In this document: in pieces, positions 40,050 to 53,902 of the stretch
How positions within the stretch are numbered: position 1 is the first letter of the stretch
Layout of the letters: each line of letters starts with the position of its first letter
NCBI RefSeq assembly: GCF_004010195.1
Contig: NC_057719.1
Coordinates: forward strand, 14,890,269 to 14,954,268
Reading direction: 5' to 3'
Source: Chiloscyllium plagiosum
Lineage: Eukaryota
Length of the DNA: 64,000 nt
Program-made: the position numbers and the translations under genes
Notes under the pieces: model-generated
Told to the model about the DNA's origin: nothing
What the model saw: the letters and a program-made list of their open reading frames with translations, nothing else
The model's database searches: none

Positions 40050-43000
40050 AATCTCTGTTAGCCAGTCTGAAGTGCATTTTTCTCTCCACAGAAACTCATC
40101 CCCTTATCAAAATCTAGAGAGCTTTGACACAATTGACAGAGGCTCACTATAGAGATATCTGAGAATGCATAGTACTACTACTCGTGCTCAATTATCTTAA
40201 ACTGCACAGTTTATGACTACAGAGTACTAGTAAGCTTCACCCTTGCTTTTCATGCTGTGAGTAACTGCTCTGCTGTCTTACCTGCAAAAACATTGATAGA
40301 TAAGGTTATCTGGAGATACATCAGAGAAACTTTAGCTCCCAGTGTCCAGTCCACCTCTTCCATGTTCCATTGGTGGGTAGACTGACCAATCAATCAACAG
40401 TATAGAGTGAAATTCATCTGCCACACACTGCAGATCCATATGTGCTGCCCACAGACCAAATTAAAGCTTTTGACAGTGTGAGCCACCCTCATCTTTCACC
40501 CCCAACCTAAGAGCAAACAAGTTTGTCAAAGTCTTGCACTTACCGTACATTAGCATGGCTAGATATATTTGTAATGAGATATCCTATACCTTTGGGATAA
40601 CCAGCAGCATGAAGCAAGGAGGCACCATAGCTTTCCAACTCTTCAATCACTTCTTTGATGCAATGCTTAAGAAAACCACAAGACAAATGCCTGCAGACAT
40701 CAACATTAGGTTACAATCAGAGAGGTTCATTTGCCTTTCAAGGCTGCATGACATCCCCCAAGTGAAGAGGCAATGAGCAAATACTTTTCATAGGCAGATA
40801 GCTGTTGCTCAACCGCCTGCAAACAGACTGTGACAAACAAATCCTAGGTTGCTGACAGATCGGTGTTTCAAAGGCTGAGATTGTGTCTCAGCCATGACTA
40901 GGTAATGCCATGAAATATCTGACAGCTCTCTCAAAATTGTTGAAAAATATCTTATACTTTGGTTATGTGCTTTCTAAGGTTGCTGTTATTGATGAGGGAA
41001 TCAGTGTATGCACCCTTTAAGCAATGTCTGCCTATGGTGAATTCCTTGATTATGTTTGAAAGCGGTATGGCATTAAATGATGATTACTGGGCTGACGTCC
41101 TTACTGGTCTGCTATGTATGATGTAGAATCTTGGGTGTTCTATAAGAACTACATGAACACATTGGAACAGATTAAGCAAATTACGTTTTCATTGGATGCG
41201 TCCATCCTTCATCCTTAATTCATCAAACATCTATCTATTCGAATCTCATTTTCTAGCTCTTGGCCCCATAGCCAGTAGTGATAAGCTACCTTCTTAAACC
41301 TCTGCAGGACACGTGGTGTCAGAACACCCATGGGGCTCTTAGCAAGTGAGTTTGTAGAATTTAACCCACTAACAATGAAAGAACAACAATGCAGTTCCAA
41401 ATCAGACGGTGGTATTCCCATGTCATAGAGTCATAGGTTCATAGAGATGTATAGCACAAAAACAGACCCTTTGGTCAAACTCATCTATGCCAATTAGACA
41501 TCCCAATCTGACCTAGTCCTATTTGCCAGCATTTGTCCATTATCCCTCTAAATCTTTTCTATTCATGGAACCATCCAGATGCCTTCTAAATGCTGTAATT
41601 GTACCCACACCCATCACTTCCTCTGGCAGCATATATGTACCACCCTCTCTGTGAAAAAGGTACCCCTCAGGCCCTTTCAAATCTTTCACCTCTCACCTAA
41701 GCCTATGCCCCTTGGTTTTAGACTCCCCAACAGTGGGAAAAAGACCTTGACTATTCATCCTATACATGCCCCTCATGTTTTTATGAACTTCTACAAGGTC
41801 ACCCCTTAAACTCAATCTCTGACACTCCAGGGAAAATAACCCAAGCCTAGTCAGCCTTTCCCTATATCTCAAACCCTCCAACCCTGACAACATCCTTGTA
41901 AATCTTTTCTGAACACTTGCAAGTTTGACAGCATCCTTCCGATCAGAGGGAGACCAGAACTGCACAATATTCCAAAGGTGGCCTAACCAATGTAATGTAC
42001 AGTTGCAACATGACCTCCCAACTTCTATACTCAATGTGCTGACCAATAAAGGCAAGCAAATATCTTTTTCACTACCCTGTCTATTTGCAACTCCATTTTC
42101 AAGGAAATATGAACTGCACTCCAAGGTCTTTTTATTCGGCAACACTCCCCAGAACCTTACCATTACGTGTATAATCCTGCCCTGATTTGCCCTACCAAAA
42201 CATAGCACCTCAAATATATCAAAAATAATCTCTATCTGCCACTCCTCAGCCCATCTGATAAGGTCCCGTTGTAATCTGAGGTAACCTTCTTTGCTGTCCA
42301 CTGCACCTCAAATTTTGGTGTCATCAGCAAACTTACTAATCACACCTCCCATATTCACCTGAGAATCATTTATAAGCATGACAAAAAGCAGTGGACCTAA
42401 CATCGATCCTTGCAGCATACCACTAGTTACAGGCCTCCAGTCTGGAAAGCAACTCCCACTACCACCCTACCTTTGAACCAGTTATGTTTCCATGGCTAGT
42501 TGTCCATGTGTTCCATGTGATCTAACCTTGTGAACCAGTCTATGATGTGGAACCTTGTCGAATGTCTTACTGAAGTCCATATAGGCCACGTCCACTGCTC
42601 TACATTCATCAATCCACTTCGTCACTTCTTCAAAAAACTCAATCAAGTTGGTGAGACATGATTTCCAATGCACATGTCCTTCTAGATGGTAAATCTTCTA
42701 TGGAAGGAACCTGTTAAAGATTTTGTCAAAGTCACCTGAAGTTCATTGTGAGAATTCAATGGCATGACAAGATCACAAACAAAGAGTTCCTTACTCAATG
42801 TCATAGAGACTGCCCTCTGGAAAATTAAATGGGCTGGCCATAGCTCCCACACAGATAATGGCAGAATCAACAAGCAAATAAACTTTTGGGAATTGTCTCA
42901 AGGCGAACAAAATCAAGAAGTCATACAGCTGACATGAAAACACTCAAAAACAGAGCCTTACAAATGACTGCATCGTACACCACCTCTCTCTTGACATCCA

Positions 43001-43150
43001 CCACAGCCCATGTGGAGGCAGGCACTGAAATATGGCTCTGTATGCTTTACAAGATGAGCTACACCAAACCCACAGCATTCAACATGCCAATAGGGAGACC
43101 AGAGGTGACGCAGCCACAGATATTTACATCACTCAAGGAGCACAAGCAAG
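40050..43150 (+). mobile_element. Highly decayed RTE/BovB-like LINE relic, interrupted by a LINE tail (41210-41420, -) and a CR1 (41424-42675, -)
   Basis: MKQGGTIAFQLFNHFFDAML resembles the RTE RT motif VKQGCVxAPxLFxxFF; WHDKITNKE and KWAGH remnants near 42770-42840. Confidence 0.6.
41424..42675 (-). mobile_element. CR1 RT-3' fragment
   Basis: SCLTNLIEFFEEVT..MDFSKTFDKVPH; VQKRFTRML..LGLFSLE. Confidence 0.92.
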
Positions 43151-43214
43151 GATTGCCAGTTCTGTGCATGTCTGTATCAATTTTGCATCAAACTATTCGG
43201 TTATGAGAGAACAC

Positions 43215-44147
43215 TGTGATGATACTATGGCTTTAGGAGGAGTATTTTGTCCTGTTTTCTTTTGAAGAGAAATTTTAAGACAGAGGTGAAGAACTGCTAT
43301 TTGAATCCAATAAAGTAAACAGCTTGTGAGGCTTTGAGTTTTTATTTTAGCGTTGGAACAATTGAAGCAGCCTGACTTGGTGGGGTCAAACTCTCAAAGA
43401 ACCAAAACTTTTACTTTTAACTTTTCAGTAGCAGTAGCTGAGGTCTTCAAACTGGGTTTGGAAGCTGCAGCACATCTGTCCCCCACTACTCTACCATGCA
43501 GAGTTTTCTCTTGATGTTTTTCTTCCAGGACTGCAGAATTGCCTGTGAGACAATTCATTTGAACCTGTCTTTGTCAAGGGTCTATTTATGGGATGTTACT
43601 ATGTGGGAACAGTTAATTAGTAATGGTTAATATATCTTTTTTTTACCATTTTGTTAAAGTTGTAGTTAAGCCAATTCTTTTATTTTTGTTTTGTCTGTGT
43701 TTTAACAGTATTGTAAAAATGATGTGTGTTTTGCATAACATCAAGTGATTCGACCAATTGATTTGCATCTGGGAATGCATCTTAAGGGTGGCACGGTGGT
43801 TAGCACTGCTGCCTCAAAGGAACCGCATTCAAATCCTGCCTCAGGCAACTGTCTGTGTGGTGTTTGCACATTCTCCCTGTGTCTGCGTGGGTTTCCTCCC
43901 ACAGTCCAAAGATATGCAGATTAGGTAAATTGGCCATGCTAAATTTTCCGTTGCATTAGTCAGGGGTAAACTTAGGGGAATGGGTCTGGGTGGGTTGCTC
44001 TTTGGAGAGTTGGTATGGACTTGTTGGGCTGAAGGGCCTGTTTCCATACTGTAGGCAGTCTAATCTACGCTTACCTTTAAAATAAGAAAATGTTAGAGAT
44101 TCTAGACTATGGTCGCTATATATTTTGAGGGGGTTTGGTCCTTAACA
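43215..44147 (+). mobile_element. Probable solo LTR (TG...CA) containing an HE1 SINE (43786-44066)
   Basis: Ends TGTGA...TAACA, flanks ACAC/ATAC, T-rich U5-like composition. Confidence 0.5.
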
Positions 44148-44848
44148 ATACTCAGAAAATGAAAATTGCCTAGAACTTGGATGTACTTGAACAAGCAGCA
44201 GTCTACCAACAATTGTGGATCTACCATTCTGCCAATTAGCTTGCTCAGTCTGCTATTAAAGGATAACTTACAGGATCAGACAAGAAGACCATTTGGCCAA
44301 AGATGCCTGTGCCAATTCTTTGAAAAAGCAATCCAATCAGTACTGCTGCCTTATTCTTTCCCTATAGCCCTGCAATTTTCTCTTAGCTTAGCTAATCTGA
44401 ATTTTCATTTTCAAGCCAACTCTGACCGCAAATACACCTTGCTAGGTGCTTTCTGAAAGTATCTTTGATCAACAGAATCATGACTATTGTAAAATCAGTT
44501 ACAATAATAACATTTTTTTTAAAAAAAACAAAGAACTGTAGATACTGGAAATCACAAATAGAATGAGAAATTGCTGGAAAAAACTTGCTGGAGCTTTTCC
44601 AGCAATTTCTAATTTTGTTTGCAAAAATGAAATGCATATTCACTGATATTTTGATAGTGTCACACCATTAGAATTGCTTCCAAAATAAAATCATTTTAAA
44701 TCAACATTTGTTTGTTCAGTTCCGTTCAATATATTGTGTGAATGTTGCATCAGCAGGATTTTAAAGTCAAAAGTTTGCAGAGGTTGAAGCATTATATTTA
44801 TAAGTCTACTAACAATAACTTGCCACAATCAAACTGTCAAATTTGATT

Positions 44849-45916
44849 AAAAAATGGATAAAAGCAAATTACTGCGAACGCTGGAATCTGAAACCAAAAG
44901 AGAAAATGCTGGAAAATCTCAGCAGGTCTGGCAGCATAGAACATAGAACATAGAACATTACAGCGCAGTACAGGCCCTTCTGTCCTCGATGTTGCGCCGA
45001 CCTGTCAAACCAATCTGAAGCCCATCTAACCTACACTATTCCATGTACGTCCATATGCTTGTCCGATGACGACTTAAATGTACGTAAGGTTGGCGAATCT
45101 ACTACCGTTGCAGGCAAAGCATTCCATACCCTTGCTACTCTCTGAGTAAAGAAACTACCTCTGACATCTGTCCTATATCTATCACCCCTCAATTTAAAGC
45201 TATGCCCCCTCATGCTCGCCGTCACCATTCTTGGAAAAAGGCTCTCCCTGTCCACCCTATCTAACCCTCTATTAAGTCACCTCTCAACCTTCTTCTCTCT
45301 AACGAAAACAGCCTCAAGTCCCTTAGCCTTTCCTCGTAAGACCTTCCCTCCATACCAGGCAACATCCTAGTAAATCTCATCTGCACCATTTCCAAATCTT
45401 CCACAGCCTTCTTATAATGCTGTGACCAGAACTGTACACAATACTCCAAGTGCGGCCGCACCAGAGTTTTGTACAGCTGTAGCATAACCAGGTTTGTGAG
45501 GCATGGCCTACCCTTCACAAAACCATGCTGACTATCCCAAATCAAATTATTCTTTTCTAGATGATTACAAATCCTATCTCTTATAACCTTTTCCAACACT
45601 TTACCAACAACTGAAGTGAGGCTCACTGGTCTATAATTACCAGGATTGTCTCTACACTCCTTCTTGAACAGGGGAACCACCTTTGCTATCCTCCAGTCTT
45701 CTGGCACTATTCCTGTAGACAATGACAATTTAAAGATCAATGCCAAAGGCTCAGCAATCTCTTCCCTGGCTTCCCAGAGGATCCTAGGATAAATCCCATC
45801 TGGCCCAGTGGACTTATCTAACAAAGGGTCAGTTAGACTCGAAACGTCAGCTCTTTTCTCTCCTTACAGATGCTGCCAGACCTGCTGAGATTTTCCAGCA
45901 TTTTCTCTTTTGGTGG
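44849..45916. mobile_element. Inverted pair of PLE-type ends (family C) enclosing an internally deleted CR1 (44938-45820, -)
   Basis: Arms ...AAAATGCTGGAAAATCTCAGCAGGTCTGGCAGCAT and its reverse complement. TSD CAAATTTGATT at 44838-44848 and 45917-45927. Confidence 0.85.
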
Positions 45917-46974
45917 CAAATTTGATTGTCAAAATGAACAGTAATGGTGAAAAAGCAAGGTAATCATTGATCTCAAATGCACAATTCTCCAATGTTTCAT
46001 TAGGTCATCTGAACCCTTCCGTTGGAGTACATATAGGAGCAATCATTTCTCAGTGAATGGTAGGGTCATTATATATTTGGGGGATTCGAAGGGGAGACTG
46101 CTGATTAAAACCAGCCCAATAAAGCATGGGAAGTTTATGTTCAATATGTGAACTCTGAAATAAAAATGTAGAATCAAAACCATTGAGGGGAATTATCTGA
46201 TACTGAAAGGACATTGAATATTTGAGCAAAGGGACTTTTGGAGAAAATTCCAAGACCACTAAATGAAGGATGAGCTGAAAAATTTCCCTGGAGCCAAAAT
46301 GTATTTTTTTTCTAATGAGAAATTCCAATTTAATAAATCTCATGATTTTTTCTGTTCGCTTTGAAGAAGGAATAATGTCATGTAATTGAAAAGCTTATGT
46401 GACAGAGGTTTCATGCCTTTCAAAAATAACAATTAAATGGTATTAAGGAACAGGGTTATACCTGCTATCACTGAAGCAGGATGATCTACCATATTGCAAG
46501 AAAATATGGCTGCCTATATTTAATATTTCACCCAATCAGCTGCTATATAATTGAGCAAGATGTTTTTGTTATTCTTATCCTAATTCTGCATTGGCAAGCT
46601 GTTCAAACACTTGGCTGCATCTGGAATGTGTGTTTCAGAATTACACTAACAATCCAGGTTTGATTCCGGTTCAGCTGAGGTAGACTTAGTTCCTGTCCCT
46701 TTGCCCAATCCTTGAGAACCTGAGACAATGTCAAACCACGATTGACAAAACTACCATGAAAACACCTTAGGAAGAAGTAACAGCAGACAATGAGCCAAGA
46801 ACCTGACTTCAGGTAGTGTACACGTGTGACATGGCATGATTATGTTTTGCATTCAACCTTTTCTTGGTGCAAGGCAAATTACTGCAGAGGCTGAAATTCT
46901 AAAACAAACACAGGAAGTGCTGGAGAATCTCAGCAAAGGCGACAGCACACATGAAGAAAGGATCAAACTTAGAT

Positions 46975-47830
46975 TGAAAGATATAGGAACTGAAGTGGAC
47001 CACTCAGCCCATTGAGTCTGTTCTGCCGTACAGTGAGAAGATGACTGATCTCATTATCCACAACTCTTGTTTTGTCATCATAATTTCCTTACTGATTAAA
47101 ACTTTGTCTACGTTGGCTTTGGATATACCTAACAATGCAAGCTCAACAACTCTCTGTGGAAAAAAAATTCCACAGTTTCATTGGACTTTGAAAGAAGGAA
47201 GTCCTCTTCATCTCTGTGTTAAAGGTGCAAGCCCTTATTCTAAGCTTATGTCCTCTGGTCCTATACTGTCTACCTCTCCATATCTATCCTGTCAATTCCT
47301 GTAAGAATCTCGTCTGTTTCAAAAAGGTCACCTCTTATTATTCTAAATTCTAATGAGTGCAGACTCAACTGACTCAATCTCTCCTATAAGACAGTCCTTC
47401 CAGACCTGAAATCAGCCAAGTGAACCTTCTCTAGAATATCGCTAATGCCAAAATATCTTTCCTTAGACATGGGGCCCAACTGTTCACAGTATTCCAGCTG
47501 TGGTCTGACTACTATCTTGTACAATTTTAGAAAAACCTTCCTACTTTCATACTTCATTCCCTTTGAAATAAAGTTAAAAATCACACAACACCAGGTTTTC
47601 GTCCAACAGGTTTCTTTGGACGTACAAGCTGTCGTAGTGTTGCTCCTTCGTCAGGTAGCTAGCTGATGAAGGAGCAACATTTGGTAAGCTCATACTTCCA
47701 AATAAGCCCTGTTGGACTATAACTTGGTGTTGTGTGATTTTTAACTTTCTCCACCCCGGTCTGACACAGGCACCTCCAAATCTTTGAAATAAAGACAAAC
47801 ATTCCATTTGCCAGCCTTTTACTCACTGAA
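46975..47830 (-). mobile_element. Old CR1 3' fragment containing an inverted PLE pair (47574-47781)
   Basis: LKLYKIVVRPQLEYCEQ; PLE TSD CTTTGAAATAAAG at 47561-47573 and 47782-47794. Confidence 0.85.
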
Positions 47831-48099
47831 CTTCATTATTAGTAATTCCTAGTGCCCCAACATTTTACTGACGTACTTCAGATTTACAATGTGTCTATCA
47901 TTGTGTCATATTGGGCTCTGGGTTACCAACCACAGATGGCTTATGGTTGCAGTAATCTGCTGCTACTCATTCTCCTTTCCAAGGATCTGTCTAATTATCA
48001 ATGGTAGATGGTAAACTGCTAGAGTCTTAACAAGAAGAGGCAATTATCTTACATATCAAGCTTTAGTTTATTTCACTGTCACAACTAATAAGTTAGGCA

Positions 48100-48370
48100 T
48101 GTAAGACCCTGTTTTTGATTTTATCTTTTGTGCCAAATGGTGTTTATGGGGATTGTTGCAAGTATTGGGAACAGTGTCACGAAGTTGGTAGAATTTGTTG
48201 GGTTTTCGGATAGGTTACCTTAGTCGGTATTCTGTTCTCTTTTGCTTGTGTTTCATTCAGTAATCTTGTAAATAAATTCCGTTTTGTTTAAAACTAAGTG
48301 GTTTGACCTCCTAGAATGTCTGTGTTCACCTGCTTAAAAAAAAACTAGCAAAGTTAGAGTCTGGGTTACA
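48100..48370 (+). mobile_element. Possible short or deleted solo LTR
   Basis: Termini TGTAA...TTACA and internal AATAAA. Confidence 0.35.
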
Positions 48371-48880
48371 CACACACTCACACACACAAAGACCCACATG
48401 CACACATATACATAATACGTTTGTGGGATGAATTTGTACTTGCAGAGTTACATTGTACTTTGCTCAAAAACTGCATGAATTCATGTAAGACTCTGTGATC
48501 TCACTTTTTAGAGTGGAATCAGTCTAAACATTATGGCACAGACAGAGAACACTGGGGGCTAACACCTTCAACATATTGTCTAGCTAACACACATTGTTAC
48601 AGTTAACCTGAAAATGCAACTTTTTTAAAAAAAGCTTTGTGATTTACACATGAAAGAAGTGAAACTATCATGGTATTCGAACAGATGAAAGACTCAACAA
48701 ACAATCAAGGTATTTGTCAATGTATAATTTTTAAGTTACATCACACTGTAAACTTTTGTTATAAATTCTGTGCCTTACAATTGTGTCCTCCACAACCACC
48801 TGATGAAGGAGCGACGCTCCGAAAGCTAGTGCTTCCAATTAAGCCTGTTGGACTATAACCTGGTGTCGTGTGATTTTTAA
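48368..48880 (+). mobile_element. Neptune-like PLE 3' region
   Basis: Colinear with 15890-16265. Confidence 0.85.
48797..48831 (+). ncRNA. Minimal hammerhead ribozyme motif (Neptune-like family)
   Basis: CAC-CTGATGA-A-GGAGC-GAC-GCTCC-GAAA-G-CTA-GTG: perfect helix I and helix II, CUA triplet. Confidence 0.85.
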
Positions 48881-49455
48881 CGTTGCCAGGGTTGGAGGAA
48901 TTGAACTATAGGGAGAGGCTGAACAGGCTGGGACTGTTTTCCCTGGAGCTTCAGAGGCTGAGGGGTGACCTTATAGAGATTTATAAAATCATGAGGGGCA
49001 TTAATAGAGTAAATAAACAAAATATTTTCCCTGGGGTGGAAAACTAGAGGGCACAGGTTTAGGGTGAGAGGGGAACAATATAAAAGGAACCTAAGTGGTA
49101 ACTTTTTCACACAGAAGGTGGTACGTGTATGTAATGAGCTGCCAGAGGAAGTGATGGAGGCTGGTACAATTGCAGCATTTAAAAGACATCTGGATGGGTA
49201 TATGAATAGGATGGGTTTAGAGGGATATAGCTGAAAATGTGTTGCTGGAATAGCGCAGCAGGTCAGGCAGCATCCAGGGAACAGGAGAATCGACGTTTCG
49301 GGCATAAGCCCTTCTTCAGGATCCCTCCTTAGAGGGATATAGGCCAAGTGCTGGCAAATGAGACTAGATTAGGTTAGGATATCTGGTCAGCATGGACAAG
49401 TTGGACCAAAGAATCTATTTCTGTGCTGTGCATCTCTACACCTCTATGATTCTAT
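48880..49455 (+). mobile_element. CR1 3' fragment with a family A element (49231-49328, -)
   Basis: TSD TTAGAGGGATATAG at 49217-49230 and 49329-49342. Confidence 0.9.
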
Positions 49456-49789
49456 TTGCTCTCTGAGTTTCTTGTTGGAATATGACTGTCATTGTAGGAA
49501 AGCTCCCCATGTGTGAGATGGGGGCAGAGAGCAATAATGAGCCAAGTACGGAGGCTGTTGCTCTTGTCATTACTTAGCCACTGTCTGGTGGCTGCTGACA
49601 GAAACCACAGAGTGTAGGTATCTCAAACTACTGCCAGCATCGAGGAAATTAGCCAGAATGATGATCTTGGGCATTCTCAGATACCAGTATCCATTCAGCT
49701 CCAGCCTGAAAGAATCCACCTGCATAGAAATTTAAGGCAAAAGCAACCTTGATGACTACGGTCCATGCAGTGTTCTAAGACTGTGGATC

Positions 49790-49878
49790 TAAGACTGAAA
49801 TCAACCACTAACCGTCCCCATTAGGAGCTATTCATTGTGCTAGGCTGACCTTTACCTACTCCTTTTTCCAACTATTGT

Positions 49879-49910
<32 letters not shown>

Positions 49911-50495
49911 TCTGGGCTCCATCTCCAGCTATTATTTATTTCTTGCCCCTCCCCTCCCCCTTCTCTCACAACCTTTTCCTCGCAACTATCAGTTCTGAAG
50001 AAGGGTCACTGGATTCAAAACGTTAACTCAGATTTCTCTCACAGATGCAGCCAGCAACTTCTGATTTTGTTTCTGAATTCCAGCATCAACAGTTCTTTGC
50101 AGTTTTTTTGTCAGTACAGTGCAGGAAGCATGCCCTTTGGCCCCAGATTGATCACATTCCTCATGGCAGCGTGAGACCCTATATATAATTGCTGGCCACT
50201 TCTGGTTGGGGTGCAAAAGAGAGTCATTCATCAGATGTTAAGTCAATAACCTTTGTCAACCAGTATCTACCATCTGCTATGACTTGTTGGCCCAGCCAGA
50301 CAGAATGGGATAAATACGCCAGGACTGTTGCCGAAAGGACAGGCATTTACTAGACCATCAGTTCTAATGGAGGGTCACTGGACCTGAAATGTTAACTCTG
50401 TCTTTTCTCCACAGATACTGCCAGACCTTTCTACAGGATTGCAGATGCTTTCAGTTTTCGCTTCAGATTTCCAGCCTTCACAGTTCGGGGTTTTA
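49790..50495 (+). mobile_element. Two decayed family C PLE-type ends (49790-50110 and 50360-50495), including a (CT)n tract
   Basis: CTGAAGAAGGGTCACTGGATTCAAAACGTTAAC...CACAGATGC. Confidence 0.7.
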
Positions 50496-52014
50496 TAATC
50501 AACGTTGACTAGGATTTGTGTGGTAACATACTGACAGAGCACTGAGCAAATGATAATCTTTGCAAAAGATCTGGAAAGTTCTGCAATGTTTTACGTCCCA
50601 TGAAAGAATAAAGCTGGAATAGCCTTTGCTGTTCTGGTACATGTTAGCAATGTAATACCCATAAGATGACACAAGAGGAGTCGATTATACTCTGAACCGG
50701 GAGAATGCCCAGCATCCTGGTCAAAACTGGTGTATGTTCCACCTTGCACCCTCTGTACTGCGACTAGATCTAACTTCAATCAAACGTTATGGAGAATCAC
50801 AGGTCTAGATGTAATATGATGGTACCCTGTGATTCAAGAAGTTACAGAACTCTGGAGAATGCCCAGGATCAAAGGTATTGACTGTCAACAAATAGCACCA
50901 TAGAGGAAGCACACAGCCTCAGTTCAACTACTGCTCACAGCAATACAATTGAGTTCAGAATTGAATTGTGCAATGAATTAAATATTGTTTCCATTAATGA
51001 CCTAATAGAAGAAAAACTGGAATCTCCAATGATTCATGAACATGGTAGTTAGAAACAAATGTGTTTAGAATAATTCCCTTCTCAATGTTGGAATTTAAAT
51101 GACACATATTCAAGAGACTAAATCAAAACTGGGATTAAAGCAGAGCCTTAAGTGGTGCAACATGGGATTGGTTGAAGGATTTTCAGTGGAATAACTTATT
51201 CCTGTTAAAGTCAAGATTCCTCATTATTGGTAATTCTGATTAAAATTCCTGTCTAAAGACATATCATTCACATTATCCACGTTAAATTGGATACATGAAA
51301 TGTAAAAATAGCTTATACATAATTGACAACCCATTCTCCTGAGGGAGGGTAAATGTCCCAGAGTCAGAACCTTCGCCAATTCAGGGATAACTCAGAAATT
51401 CCAACTCCAAATCTCTAAAGAAATTAAGTTGAGGTCCAAGAGATCTCAGTAGTTTATAACCCCTCATAATTACATATAACCAGCTCTTATAGAAACCCAC
51501 ATAATTGAAGGTTCTCTAGTAGTCCCTCGTTCAAGTCATGAATCCAGTGCCTGTAAAACCTGTAACTTAAACACTATTGTCTGAAGGAAATCAATCTGTG
51601 TGAGCATATTTTTGAAGCTTAAAATTGGAAACGTGTGGGAGGTGAACAGAAGTCTTCCTGTGGTAATGAGTCATGCGAGTTATTCCCATCACTGGATATT
51701 ATCAGTTAGATTCAACTCAGCCACTGAAGTATATTCACTTTCTGTAGATGGAAGTGGCTTTGTCAATCCATTACTCATGATTAAAGCAATTCCCCAAACT
51801 GTGATTATTCCATCCACCCACCAAGTGATCTTCCAAGATGGTTCCAGAATATATGAGGAAATGGGGAATTTGCAAAAGCTCTGCTTTATGGCCAACATTG
51901 ACTGAATTGAAATTTCCACAGTATTCCATTTCAGCAGCCAAAAAAAATTTACTTTATACTGGAATTATTTTGAAGTTGCAACATATTTTGTATTTACTGT
52001 TTAAAACCAAGATC

Positions 52015-53436
52015 CAAATGAGGAGTTGGGAGGTCATGTTGCAGCTGTCGAGGACCTTGGTTAGGTCACTTTTGGAATATTGTGTTCAATTCTGGTCTCC
52101 CTGCTATACAAACAATGTTGTGAAAGGGTTCAGAAAAGATTTACAATGTTGTCGCCAGTGTTGGAGGGTTTGAGCTCCAGGGAGAGGCTGAATAGGCTAG
52201 AGCTGCTTTCCCAGTGTTGGAGGCTGAGGTGACCTTATAGAGGTTTATAAAATCATGAGGGACATGGATAAGGTGAATAGCCAAGGCCTTTTCCCCAGGA
52301 TAGCGGAGTCCAGAACTAGAGTGCATTGGTTTAAGGTGAGAACATAAAAACATAAGAAGGAGCAGCAGGAGTAGACAACCTAGCCCCCTGAGCCTGCTCT
52401 GCCATTCAATAAGCTCATGGCTGATCTTTTCAGTTTCACTTAACGGCCCATTCACCATATCCTTTAATTCCTTCAAAAATCTATCTATCTTTGCCTTAAA
52501 TACATTCAATGAGGTAGCCTCAACTGCTTCACTGGGCAGGAAATTCCACAGATTCACAACCTTTTGAATGAAGAAGTTCCTCCTCAACTCAGTTGTAAAT
52601 CTGCTCTCCTTTATTTTGAGGCTATGCCCCCTAGTTCTAGTTTCACCCACCAGTGGAAACAACCGCCTTGCTTCTATCTTAACAATTCCCTTCATGATTT
52701 TATATGTTTCTATAAGATCCCCCTCATTCTTCTAAGGTCCAGTGAGTCTACTCAATATCTCCTCATAAGCCAACCCCTTTCAATTCCAGAATTAACCGAG
52801 TGAACCTCCTCTGCACCCCCTCCAGTGCCAATACATCTTTTCTCAAGTAAGGAAACCAAAACTGTACACAGTATTCTGGGTATGGCCTTGCCAGCACCCT
52901 ATACAGTTGCAGCATAACCACCCTATTTTAAACTCCATCCCTCTAGCAATGAAGAACAATATTCCATTTCCCTCTTAATTGCCTGCTGTACCTGAAAACC
53001 AACCTTCTGTGATTCATGTACAAGGACACCCAGATCCCTCTGCACAGCAGCATGCTGCAATTTTTCACCATTTAATTAACAGTCCATTTTGCTGTTATTT
53101 CTATCAAAATGGATGACCTCTCATTTACCAACATTGTACTCCATGTACCAGACTGAGACTGAGAGGAGCAAGATTTAAAAGGGATCCAAGGGGCAACATT
53201 TTCACAGAGAGGATGGTGCATATGTGGAATGAGCTGCTGGAGGAAGTGGTGGAGGCTGCTACAATTACAACATGTAAAATGGATCTAAATGGGTATATGA
53301 ATAGGAAAGGTTTAGAGGGATATAGGCCACATGCTCACAAACGGCATCAGATCATTTTAGGATATCTGATCGGCATGGACGAGTTGGACTGAAGGGTCTG
53401 TTTCTGTGCTGTGCATCCCTGTGGCTCTATGACTCT
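52015..53436. mobile_element. CR1 3' fragment (+) split by an opposite-strand CR1 (~52340-53155)
   Basis: [10 protein letters not shown] on +; TRTRGHSLKI..FFIQKVVNLWN on -; the + element resumes at ~53155. Confidence 0.88.
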
Positions 53437-53902
53437 AAATCTGTTCAAAGCTTTATGCAGAGGACTTCCAGTTTACCATTTGTCTTTAATCTCATCTGTC
53501 CAGCTTTCCTAAGTGCGCTAACTGTGGGACTTGGCCGGGACAGGGAGGGGTGGGTGGGTTATTGGTTAGGTCAGTTCGCCCGATGACTGGTTTATGATGC
53601 AGAGTGGGTTCAATTCCCATAGCAGCTGAGGTTACCATGAAGGATTATCCATCTGAACCTCTCCCCTCAACTGAAGTGTGGCGACCTTCAGATTAAACCA
53701 CTACCATTTGTCTCTCTCCAATGAGAGAACAGCTCAGGAGTCTGATAGGCCAATGGTGACTTTAAACCTTGGCAGGGTAGTGATCATTATTCAAGGAGAG
53801 CAATTATAGTGAAAATCTGCAAAAACAAAATGACTATCATGTGGAAACAGCACGGTATAGCCAAAGCTCAGAGTTCCCAAAGTTAGTTAGTTTGTTCAAA
53901 AT

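Noticed and set aside
46050..46154. Strong minus-strand acceptor (TTTTTATTTCAG) as an exon
   Set aside because: No convincing donor before stops in any frame.
51600..51919. Overlapping 101-aa and 76-aa ORFs in unique sequence
   Set aside because: No recognisable motif or supporting splice sites.
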